64,000 nt of DNA, from positions 1 to 64,000 of the forward strand of contig NMRA01000464.1 of the NCBI GenBank assembly GCA_002633005.1, read 5' to 3'. Of the stretch, positions 27,190 to 37,683 are shown piece after piece. The position numbers and the translations under genes were made by a program. The notes below the pieces were generated by a model that made no database searches, was not told the origin of the DNA, and saw only the letters and a program-made list of their open reading frames with translations. How positions within the stretch are numbered: the first letter of the stretch is position 1; each line of letters begins with the position of its first letter. Source of the stretch: Phoronis australis (taxonomy: Eukaryota; Animalia; Phoronida).

Positions 27190-27219
27190 AATAAAAATCT
27201 TATCACTATCAATAATAAA
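27190..27219 (+). terminator. Candidate polyadenylation signals of CRIP
   Basis: AATAAA at 27190-27195 and 27214-27219, about 170-190 nt after the stop, followed by a T/GT-rich tract. Confidence 0.5.
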
Positions 27220-27518
27220 GCAGGGAAATTCTGAACATTCCTTGTTTCTTTGTGTAAATATAATTCGCCGTTTATCAAGAAATTGTTATCTCTCTTCCTC
27301 ATTCATTTTGAGGACTCTTTGGTTAAGTGAGCTGTACTGGAAGATTCGAGAATGATGTTTTAGAACAGAAAATCGCGCTACAAACTAGTTGCGCATGTGT
27401 GTGCAAATCCCTCACTACGCTCCGACACACTCGATGTCTAAATAAATCCAAACCTTGCTAGGTGAAAACAGATTGACGCTGCGGGATTGGTTTTGCTGTC
27501 AAACTTGCTATTGGAAAA

Positions 27519-27672
27519 AGAACTGCCTCCCGTTCAGTAACGCTAGGGCCCACCTTAAAAGCAAGACTTTGCGAGATTACGCGAGATATTGCCGTGTATT
27601 TTAAATAAGAGCACGTGACCTTGACTAGCTTTTGGCTAGGTCCTAGCGTCTACTGAACGCACGCCTGTTCTA
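27519..27672 (+). mobile_element. ~150-bp hairpin MITE (copy 1)
   Basis: agaac...gttcagtaacgctagg is mirrored by cctagcgtctactgaac...gttct. The body is the reverse complement of 28552-28687. Confidence 0.7.
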
Positions 27673-28551
27673 CGATACAGGAAAGGAGTGTAATGTTGTC
27701 ACACTGTCTTATTCTTTGGACCAGGTTTTACAGCACTGTTCCAAAGCAGCCGTGCCAGCCAAATTCGTGAATCGTACATAGAATGTTAAGGCAATGCGGG
27801 GACCTTCGAATTCTCATTGGCTACACGGTGTAGGTAATATCCAGTAGAACTGCCTGTAAACGTATTCAATTCCACCATTTAGTCATGAGTGCTGGACCTT
27901 TTACGATGTCTTAACACGGTGCGCAGTGTCGGGTTCACATTTCAGGTGCCCGGATATAAACTAGGAGTATGTAACACTGGAAAAAGGAGATTCTCGACAC
28001 AGGCCTACTGTACTGCTGGGAGTGTGAATTATATTACTGTAGGGTTTTTTGAGGCCTTGTTGATCCACTGTCAATCCATGGATCCTAACTTCGGCTTTGT
28101 GCTCAAAAATGAACTTCGGAGTTTAGCCCTAGACTTGTTTATGTATCCAATGAAGATACCCCCTGGAAGATGCTGAAGAATAGACAGATGTCTACAAACC
28201 CACGTTTCAATTTAGACTGCTTAACCGTCATAAAACTGGTGTCCGGGTGTTTCTTACTCCGATTAAAGGTGATTTTTGGCCAAGCTCAGAAATCACTTCA
28301 CATTTGTGTGAGCTGAGAGCACTTTTATGGCAGATAGTGGTCTAAGTCAAAAGTAAGTGTCCTTGACTGAGTCTAGTTAAAGGCAGGCTGCGTTCCGTAG
28401 ACTCAAGACACTCGCGAGGAGAACTAGTGCTACCGCGTGTTTCGCATGTAAAGCATATCTTGTGAAGACTTGCGTGGTGTTGGGTTTTCGTGAGTTACTT
28501 GCGTTTACGCAGCGGAGCCTGGGTTTACAGCACCTTCAAGTTTCCGAGTAG

Positions 28552-28687
28552 AGTAACGTTAGGGCCTCGTTAAAATCTAGCCAAGATCACGTGTTCTCAT
28601 TTAAAATACACGGCAATATCTCACATGATCTCGCGAAGTCTTGCTTTTTAGCGAGGTCCTAGCGTTACTGAACTCTACCCTGTTCTA
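28552..28687 (-). mobile_element. ~140-bp hairpin MITE (copy 2, inverted relative to copy 1)
   Basis: atttaaaatacacggcaatatctc...aagtcttgctttt...cctagcgttactgaac...ctgttcta is the reverse complement of 27530-27630. Confidence 0.7.
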
Positions 28688-31050
28688 GTATTCAGAACTG
28701 CTCTATCGTTTTGTTGTCAACTTTCAATGTTGCATTCCGTCCTGTTTTTAAACAGTTAAAACTGGCGAAAAAACGAAAATGGTATTAATCATTTTAATCT
28801 TATTAAATTGGTCTCCAAAACTGCTTTACCATGATATGACACGTACGTGCAACTGACAAGAACATGCATGTACAAACCGTCTGCATGTTAGAAATGAGTT
28901 GGAAAATCCTCGATTTTATTGAAGTTGGCCAACACTGAAATTGAAAATGACGTGCAGAGACGTCTATTGGAAAATAGGTCGGTCACGTGAAACAACAACG
29001 ACCGTTTCCCCGAGTACGTCGCAGATCAGCTGTTGATTTTGGCTTTTTGATTACGAAATCAAACTATGCAGCTTTAAATGATGTAGCACACCCCAGTCCA
29101 AAGCACATCCCTGTCTAAAGCGGAGCCCGGAAGCCACCCTTGGGGCATTGATGCGTGCAGCCACAACGACACATTATATGGTCGTACAATGAAGTGTATT
29201 ATGGTGTGACAAGATACACAAACACTTGAAAAAGCATTATAAAAGACAGCTAAGCGATAGCAAATACAAAATATATATGTGTAAGTTGCCAATAGGTGCC
29301 TCTATATGCAAGCGTTGGTTAATAATGAACGTCAGCACTCCATCTTTAAAACAGCATAATAATTATTTGATGTTCGAAGTCATTTAGTGTCAAAAGTAAA
29401 AAAATATATAAGACAGCAATTAATTGAAACCATGGCTTGATACTTCGGCCACTAAATACCAAAAATTCATTTGATTTTATTACACTGAACACGTTAAGTA
29501 CAAAACAGGTTTTGAATATGTCCATTTTCTTATTTAACCCACGAGTTCATGTCCTTTCACTTTTTTACATATACGTAAAGCACCAAAAATAGAACAAAAC
29601 AACAAATATCCCCCAATTGCACATCTCCGGTATCCTTATGCAGACTCTCAATATGTTTGAATATTATTAGAATTGTAACTAGCCTTATTTTTATTGAACT
29701 GATTCCTCCTTCCAAATCATAAATGATTTCTATACTTAAATACAAGAATTATGTCAGAAACTAAAAAAATGATTCACATGATTACCCGTATATTGGAATG
29801 TTTCACGAACCCACGATGATTGACCAAGTACTACATAGAACCTATGATTTCGTTGTGTTGCCGGGTGACGGGAAGAGAATTTCGCAAAACGTGTAATGTA
29901 GGGCCCCCAAGCACAATAAGCAATTTAGTTTTGGAAAGTTGAAGTTCTTCTGTGTCACATCACTGCAAAGCGGAATTCCCGTGTACCGTGGAGTCTTCGC
30001 TGTCACGTGATCGATTCCTACTGGTTAGTTGATATTGCTAGTAAGCGGCCTCCCACCGGCATTGAATCACAGACAAATAGAAATAAATATAATAACAACT
30101 TAGTTGCGCCACAGTTGATTTTGGGCTCCCTTATTCAAATATCGAATTATCGTCGTTTATCAGAACGGACAGATGGGACACCAACATAGACAAATCTTTA
30201 GAAAACATTTTCGTATCGTACGTTGCATAATGAAATTTTGTAGGGCGCAACATGAATAATTATTCATAAATTTAACCAGAGCATTGGCCTCTTTGATACA
30301 TGTTGGCCACAGTTGAATTCTTAACTATTCTCTCTCTCTGGTTTTTAATCCTGTTTCCTTATTTTTTGTTTCTACCGTAACATTAGGGCGTTTTCCCGTT
30401 GCTCCCAACTTGTTCGATTCTATAGCCCAACAACAAGTTGGGAAGAACACCTCTGTAGCCAATATCTTACACGACTGATTAACTCCATTCTGGCATTCAT
30501 TGTTGGAGGGCCAGCTCTTTTGTTCGACAATTGCTCTAATCTCCAATAAGATCATATCTAGCCTGACTGGGCTGTGCTGCTAAAAATAAAAGTTAAGTTA
30601 TAACATTTTTGAACATAAACTAATAGCATTTCTGAAATCCTCGTCAAATGGTGATTATGCTTAGTTTTTGAATCGCCAAAATCGCTCAACTACAACCGAA
30701 GTTACGACAATGTATTGTTTTCCGAATGTACCAATTCGCTCGGGGTTTGACTGTGTTCACACGTGGTCTGTAATAAGCCTGGTAGATAATTGGCCTGGTG
30801 TTGTCATATCAGACAAAAGACTGTGCTTGGCAGTTAACAAAGAAGCTAGATGTTATATCACACGCTCACAACCCTCTACGTCTGGTAAAGTCACTGAACG
30901 GCAAAACGCCGTCATGATGTTAATTGACCACGCATCTTAGCGTCGCGTGTTCTTTTGATCTTCACCAATGAAATTTGTAGACTGGATTCCCATAGGTACA
31001 ACAAGTAGTACTGTAACTTAAACATTGTAACTCTTGCGTTTTTTCCATCC

Positions 31051-32385
31051 TCAGGAGTTAATTGAATATTTCTTCGCTTTAATTCCCCTTGATAGCTTGG
31101 TCTCATTTGCGTTATCAAAACCATTTGAATTCTCATCGTGTTTATACGCCATGTTGTGATGGCCGTTTTCCAAGCTTATATTTTTTCTTGTGTTTTCCGC
31201 CATTTCGTAAGCGCTGGATACGCTGCTTGACTCGCTGCGTTTCTTCTGCGTGAATGTTCGAGCAGTAGAAGTTCGTTCGATGCTGCGGCTAGGACAGCAG
31301 CAGAGGAACACGTTCTCCATTTCCGATCGGAATCTATTACCGCTCATCGCGTACAGAATGATGTTGAAGCAATGATTGAGAACAACCAGCAGGTTCATAA
31401 CTTGATTCAGGTACAGGAACATCGCGTATCCCTCAAAGTCGCCAATATTCAGACCCAATTCGGGTCTGGCAATGTGACGCCAAATAAAAGTACTCGCCGC
31501 CGGCACAGTACAGATAAGAAACACGAATGAAACGAGAAGCAGCGTGACTGTGATTTGCTTGCTGAAGACGCCAGTACCGACACGGGCCTTGTTGTTGGTG
31601 AGACGACGCTGGCGCTTCCATGCAGAGTTCATGAGAACTACAATAGCGATGTTGAAAACAAACAACAAAATGCAAGGGATGAAGGAGAAGAGACTAATAT
31701 CAATCCATTGCCAAATGAGCAAGAAATCTTCATATTCCGGATTTGAAACACAACGAGGTGTCCCTCTCGAGTCATCAAAGGCAGTTGTCCAAAACACGGT
31801 GATATTTAATAACAACGCGCAAATCACAAGGACAATGGATGTAAGAAAGGCACGGCGAACTGTGCAAAGGCGACCCGCTTTTAAAGGGACAGCAGTCGCT
31901 ATAAAACGCTCAATCGTTACCATTACGACTAGCCAAGATGTCACGTGGTTAGCAAATCCTTGGATGTACGTAGCGGCGTTACAGTACGCCTGCGACAAAG
32001 TTTCTTTTGGGAAGTACTCGTGACCAATTACATAGAGTATGAGCCCCAGCAACGCGATCTGATCAAAGATGGCCAAAATGGCCAGATAAATGTAGGACGA
32101 GTACTTTCGCATTCTTTTCTGGATGAACACCATGAACGCTATCCCGTTGCCCACTAGTCCGACTGCGAAAAGGACAAATGGATAAATTCTCCACAGCTGC
32201 AACGCTTCGCGATACGTCCAATAGGGATTAAGTAAATCTTGGATTGTCTTTGGGCGTCTTTTATTCGTGGGATCTGTAGTGTCGTTGCCCTGTGGCAACG
32301 ACACGTTTGCCGCCACCACAAGCTCTATCGAGAAAGCGAGGACCAACACAGACACCAAACCAACCCCAACACACGTGTTCCCCAT
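31051..32385 (-). CDS. Class A (rhodopsin-like) GPCR, FMRFamide/sex-peptide-receptor-like group, 444 aa, single coding exon
   Basis: Seven hydrophobic segments with GLVGN (TM1), LAIFD (TM2), a TM3 Cys and TIERF, PC (TM5), FLICTVP (TM6) and NHCFNIILY (TM7). It has a CCC palmitoylation-like site and a Ser/Thr-rich tail. The true ATG is at 32385; the track's start at 32409 is a GTG inside a polypyrimidine tract with acceptor tttttcag ending at 32393. Confidence 0.93.
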   Translation of the reverse strand: MGNTCVGVGLVSVLVLAFSIELVVAANVSLPQGNDTTDPTNKRRPKTIQDLLNPYWTYREALQLWRIYPFVLFAVGLVGNGIAFMVFIQKRMRKYSSYIYLAILAIFDQIALLGLILYVIGHEYFPKETLSQAYCNAATYIQGFANHVTSWLVVMVTIERFIATAVPLKAGRLCTVRRAFLTSIVLVICALLLNITVFWTTAFDDSRGTPRCVSNPEYEDFLLIWQWIDISLFSFIPCILLFVFNIAIVVLMNSAWKRQRRLTNNKARVGTGVFSKQITVTLLLVSFVFLICTVPAASTFIWRHIARPELGLNIGDFEGYAMFLYLNQVMNLLVVLNHCFNIILYAMSGNRFRSEMENVFLCCCPSRSIERTSTARTFTQKKRSESSSVSSAYEMAENTRKNISLENGHHNMAYKHDENSNGFDNANETKLSRGIKAKKYSINS

Positions 32386-33547
32386 GGCTTTTCTGAAAAA
32401 TGGAAACACAAAATAAAACGAGAATCTCGTGTGTAAACGTCATGGCAGTTGTTCAATGGAAGGGGTTAAAGCACGCAATCACGTCATGTAATCGCATCCA
32501 TCAATTCAATTTTAACCGGGGGTCCCGGAAAATCTGAAACATAGGGTAGGTACACTTAATTGACTTTGCCAGTTCCGCCGGGTCCACTAGTTAAGATATC
32601 TGATCGGTTCTCGACGACGAGTATACGCATCACCTCACGGCAATGTCCTGCGATAGAACAGTATTTTTTGGTGAAGTAACTGTGTTTAGGTAGATACCAA
32701 GGTGAACGATGAATGAGGAACCCTTTAAGGGAGGATAAAATCTTCGACGGCGCGGCGTCACAACAATGAATACATTGTGTTTTTACCCTTGGAACGAACT
32801 GTTCAATACACATCAAGCAGCAACCCGTGTGTGTTGTAGTCAACCAAGATTGTACTCAGCGATATGAAATAATCAGAAATGTCCATGTTGAACCTCAGAA
32901 TCGTATTTGAAACGCTTTTATGTGTTTTAGTATTTTCACACCAAACTGTATATATTTAGAAATTAATGTTTTTATGGTCTATTGGGTGCAGCGAGCACTT
33001 CAATAAATACATGTACAGGTCAATGAATTCTATAATCAATGCTTGGTAAGTCACGAAGACAACACTTTAAAAAGGTGATGTATTCTACCTTAAAAACGTG
33101 ATGTTCAATACAGAAAACAGTGGGGTTCCATTTTATTAAAGGCAATAGCCGTAGCCTAGATTTTCACCCATTCAGTCAAGTTTTCAATGGAATGATTCAT
33201 TAAGATGGTCGTATGTATACGGAATTCCTCGATTTTTTATGATTTTGCAATATTTCGTTTCTATATGAAACTCAGCGTCGCCTTTGGAGTCACGTACACT
33301 CGACCGCCTTAGTTAAGACAAGGGTAGCGTTCTGTAGACCAAGCTTCTTTCGAGAGAAGCAAGATCACCCAAAATCACAAGAGTGAAAGGCAAGTGTTTC
33401 TTAAATGTGGTGGCGAACAATTTTAACGCAAGTGAAAGCTAATGTCTCTACCGAACGCACCACAGGCCTACGACTTGATGAAATGCTACGTGTATGTCCG
33501 CTTTGTCAAAGGTCTCACGTGTAGTCGTAGCCCAAGACTGTCGTATC

Positions 33548-33574
33548 CATAGACATCGTAATGTGATGTCTATG
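33548..33574. mobile_element. 27-bp micro-transposon (10-bp TIR, 8-bp TSD; hAT-like)
   Basis: gtcgtatc|catagacatc gtaatgt gatgtctatg|gtcgtatc. Confidence 0.75.
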
Positions 33575-33586
33575 GTCGTATCTTAA

Positions 33587-35343
33587 AGTGGCTACACACC
33601 CGCCTCCTTCAAAGTATTAAGTTTCGATTGATGACATTTCGTATTGTAAACCTGGTCTTAAAAAACAACCTAATTTGTATCAATTTAGATCGAGTAGCTC
33701 TACTCGATAACGGCACGTACGGTTGCGTTACCTGACACCTGACGGCAGACGGAGGTGTTGAAATTATCCAATGACGTAATTCGTTTCACACGCAGTCTGT
33801 TCAGCAGTTCACAACACGGGTTACTGATGTCAGCTTATCGCTTGAATTCATCGTTTAACAGCAATAAATCATCAAACTTTGATTTAAAACCCTTAAAAAT
33901 ACACCGACTTCTTATAAAAACATGTTGTTTTATTTCGCTGTTACGGATTTATTGGTATTTGGACACACCGTAGCCTACAAAGTTCGGCAGGCCAATAAGA
34001 TCCGTAGCAGGAGTTAATGGGGTCTGTTCGGAGATAAATTCGAAGTATTTTTCTGTGAGATACAGACAGGACAACCTAGATCTGTGTTGTTTAGACTTGG
34101 GATTTTTTAGTTCTAAGCACACAAAACGCTCGTTATCCTGGCCAGTGGCTCGGAGTCCGATCTGGCCCGTCGCGGACGGATTGACTCGTTATCCCGGCCA
34201 GCGGCTCGGAAACCCGCCGATCAGACCCGTCGCGGCAGGACTGAAGACATCACGAACGTAAACCAGCCAAAGTTGGAAACTAAACTTCCAGTCAAGAAAA
34301 TACTACACTAGTGAGCCAAAGAAGTAATGTGCACGTGATTATGTTGGTGAATTAGCCACCAAACTGCAAATCTACTTACTCGTCGGGGGCCGCGAATTCA
34401 GGTTCCGCTTTGGCCACAGAACCGTTCAGGCAGAAGTTGTACATTGAAAATCATTGTTTGAATAATGTAAATGTAAATAAAGATTCCACTAACACCTGGC
34501 CGTGGGATAGAAAATCGAGTTGTTTCACAACAGTTTCTGTCAGCAAACACTGAATTAGCATGCGCTCACACGGCCTCGGTGTCCCGTCAATTAGTTTTTA
34601 GTGCACCTAAAGCCGGAAACGCAGTGATTTATTCATTGCTGGCTTCTCAAATCATTTGCACTCACGAGCACTCCAAAGGCATTACAAGTTGCCTCTAATG
34701 AGACAACACTTTGTTTCAGTTTGATATAAGTATTGGTTAGGATGAGAATAATTTATTTTGAAACAAAACGCTCAGTAATAAACGTCAACATGGCAACTCG
34801 CAATCCCGACTTAGACGAGATCTCATCCTACGAAGATTTTGCAGGCGGATCGTTAAGTTTCACAGGCTATCAGTTCGAACCAGAATACAGTGAAATACTA
34901 GAGAGGCGCCGTGAACAAGCTCAGACAACGGAACGTATGGATAGTTATTTCGTAAGCCGGCATTCGTCAGGCATTGTCGACGACAGCAGGCCACAAATAC
35001 GGAGATGTTTCACGGCCTCATACTTGCTATTTACAGCGTACTTTTCATTCTTCACTACCGCGAGCCACTTCCTAAGCATTTCGAATTCTCGAGGAAGTCG
35101 AAAAAACGGTATACCCGCTTTTCTCGCAGCTGCATAATTCGGACAAGCGGGAACGATGCACCGCAACAACATAGCGGCATTTACTCTGCAACTGAACCAC
35201 TGACGTCGCTGCGTCGTTTCTCACCTTCCTCACAGGTTAACGCGACACCTCTCGGCAAGGTAAGGTCGACCGTATGCGAGGCGATGTGTATATAGACCGA
35301 TTAAGGCGGAAAAAAGACTAATTAAATCGGGTGGCATTCTCCT
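33587..35343. mobile_element. Non-autonomous Kolobok-like DNA transposon, copy 1
   Basis: TTAA at 33583-86 and 35344-47, with right end cgggtggcattctcct. Colinear with 42270-43974. Carries a THAP start on - (34945-35172) and a YQFEP-containing start on + (from ~34790). Confidence 0.85.
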
Positions 35344-35423
35344 TTAACTTGTTCCTTAATCAGATTTGACGTGATTCGTGGGATTGGGAAGAACTAACAA
35401 TTGGTCAACATTGCGTCATTTGT

Positions 35424-36657
35424 CAAAGCTATTAAACTGACTTGGATTCGAAGATTCTTCAAAAATTAATATAACAATACTTCTCCTTGGCTAAATGTTT
35501 CATGTGAAATTATTCTTAATATAAAAAATGACTCTTTTCAGTTAGATTCTTGTTTTTTCCTTGAAGTATCTAACCGTACTAAGAATATTTTTGGAAGGAT
35601 ATTTTTATATCTTATACGAATTTATCAATCTGTGTGAGATAGATGATCCTTTGTACCAACCTTTGTGGTATAACCCCAAAATTTGTATAGGCAGTAGTCC
35701 AATTTTTGGAACGAGTGGTTTCAAAAGGGTATACGGTACGTATACGATTAATTGACCCTGATAAGGGATATATTTATGATTATCATACCTTTTGTACACG
35801 TTTTCAATTTTGTCCTTGTATTACTCATTTTTATGGAATTCGAAGTTCAATACTTCGTTCTTGGAATCATCTAAGAGACAAGAGTACTATAGTCACTCTA
35901 CTTTTTCCAGAACAAATTTTTCGAATCTCCTCGGAAAATAAAGGGACGGGGAAAATCTATGAATTATTCATTTCTAAATTGTATGTAAAACCTGTCGCAG
36001 AATTGAAGTGGGAGAGAGAAATTAAATTATGCGATGATACTCAATCTTGGAAAAAATTCATTCTGTAATTTATCATTGTACTTCCGATGTCAGACTCAGA
36101 TGGTTTCAATTCCGTATCAACCACAGACTTATTGGTACAAACTCTTATTTAAAGAAAATAGGTGTTAGTGAATCGTCTTTATGCTCTTTCTGTGAGCAAC
36201 ATGAAGAAACAATTCTACATTTGTTTTGGGAATGTTCACTTGTTCAGAAGTTTTGGGGATGTTTAAAAACATGGATGATAAATCAGTGCAATTTCCCTCT
36301 GCAGTTAAATATGTCTTCCGCCTTGTTTGGAGACCCAGCCTGCAGATTAGAAGTTGTAAATTTAATTCTTTGTTTAGCGAAATTTCATTTTTTAGACAAA
36401 GACTACAAAAGGCTAAGCCCAATTTTCAGTCATTTTTACGTGAGGTATGTGATTACTACAACCTTGAAAAAAAATTATTTACAATGATAAATTGGATTTT
36501 GAGGGATTCCACGCAAGGTGATCTTTTTTTGCCTAACTAGCTTTTATAGGGTCCGATAATGTTCGTAATTTGTTTGATGTACACTTAACTAGATTTCATA
36601 TTGCTGCACAACTATGTACTAGTTGGTTGAATTAATAAATGTTTCATCATAAAAAAA
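35424..36657 (+). mobile_element. L1/Tx1-clade LINE 3' fragment (zf-RVT), degenerate, 5'-truncated
   Basis: Reads KAIKLTWIRRF, QPLWYNPKI and RLRWFQFRINHRLIGTNSYLKKIG...CSFCEQHEETILHLFWEC...FW (CCHC zf-RVT) with frameshifts. Ends with AATAAA at 36633 and a short A run at ~36651-36657. Confidence 0.85.
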
Positions 36658-37040
36658 CAATTGGTCGTTCTGTGAGATTTGGCTCGATAAGTTGGCATAG
36701 CGTGGCGCTCCATTTTTTTGCACTGAGCATTATCTCAAGCACTACTGATCTGTCATATCTTCCCTGGCGCAAAAAAAAAATCTGTCCTCATCTGTGCAAG
36801 CTTGGAATAAGTCCGAACCAAATTTAAAGCGGAAAGTTGTTTCAAACAAAAGATAATTTCTTTAAACATCGAAGGAGAGTTTATAGCTATTTTTATTGGC
36901 ATGGAGTTCGTTGAAGCTGTGTATAAGATGGTCGTTGTGTGTGATTACAGACTACGACGAATTGCATTTGCGATAGCTGCAATGTCTCGCTCTTGTCAAG
37001 AGCACGGCCTCGTTTTCACATTCACGTGCCTACGCCCGCG

Positions 37041-37387
37041 TACCATATTACTCGGAATATAAGGCCATGGTAGAGTATGATTATACTCGAACATAAAGCC
37101 ATGGCCTTGTATTCTAGGTCATCTGCATGTTTTAAATTTTCTCAAATACGCATCATTTGTTGTATTATTTATTCAATCTTTTTATGATATACTTTTAGCC
37201 AATCAATGTTTTATAATCTTTGACATTAATTGACATTTTGGTCATGACTGGTTGGCCTTATATCCGGAATAACAACATGACCGTATATTAAAATATGACC
37301 TTATATTCTAGGTCATTTGCATTGTTTTCTAAAAAATGGATCATTTGGCCTACTAGACCATGGCTTCATATTCCGGGTAATATGGTA
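37041..37387. mobile_element. ~345-bp TIR MITE, TA-flanked (Tc1/pogo-like)
   Basis: taccatattactcggaatataaggccatgg ... ccatggcttcatattccgggtaatatggta, with internal repeats of ccttatattc(t/c)(a/g)gg. Confidence 0.75.
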
Positions 37388-37428
37388 TACCTTATTGTTG
37401 ATGGCAGTTCGTAAATCACTCACTAGAG

Positions 37429-37683
37429 TTAATAAAAACAACCGTTACGACGGATTTAAACTGGTTTGACATGTTTCGGCGTTTATGTAAACACTATCCT
37501 CATAAGTAAAAACAGTGGCCACCTTGCTAGGCCCAACAACACACAGACACAGTCAGTTACAGGGGAGTAACAATAGACTGGTCTATTGTAGCAAGGTGGC
37601 CACTGTTTTTTCTTCTGAGGATAGTGTTTTAATAAACGCCGAAACATGTCAAGCCGGTTTAAATCCGTCGTTGGTTTTATTAA
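37429..37683. mobile_element. Fold-back of Penelope-type pseudo-LTR sequence with a minimal hammerhead motif
   Basis: About 100-bp inverted arms (37429-37529 / 37589-37683). The right arm holds the hammerhead core. Confidence 0.75.
37612..37653 (+). ncRNA. Putative minimal type I hammerhead ribozyme
   Basis: CUU-CUGAGGA-u-AGUGUUU uaau AAACGCC-GAAAC AU GUC-AAG. It has the CUGANGA and GAAA boxes, stem II, a palindromic ACAUGU stem III, a GUC cleavage triplet and stem I CUU/AAG. Confidence 0.6.

Noticed and set aside
28173-28199. Hammerhead-like CTGAAGA-a-tagac-agat-gtcta-caaac
   Set aside because: It lacks the essential G of GAAA and has no clear stem III or NUH site; at most a dead remnant.
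31433-32443. Several ORFs overlapping the GPCR (e.g. 31544-32023 +)
   Set aside because: They are shadow and antisense frames of the real coding sequence.
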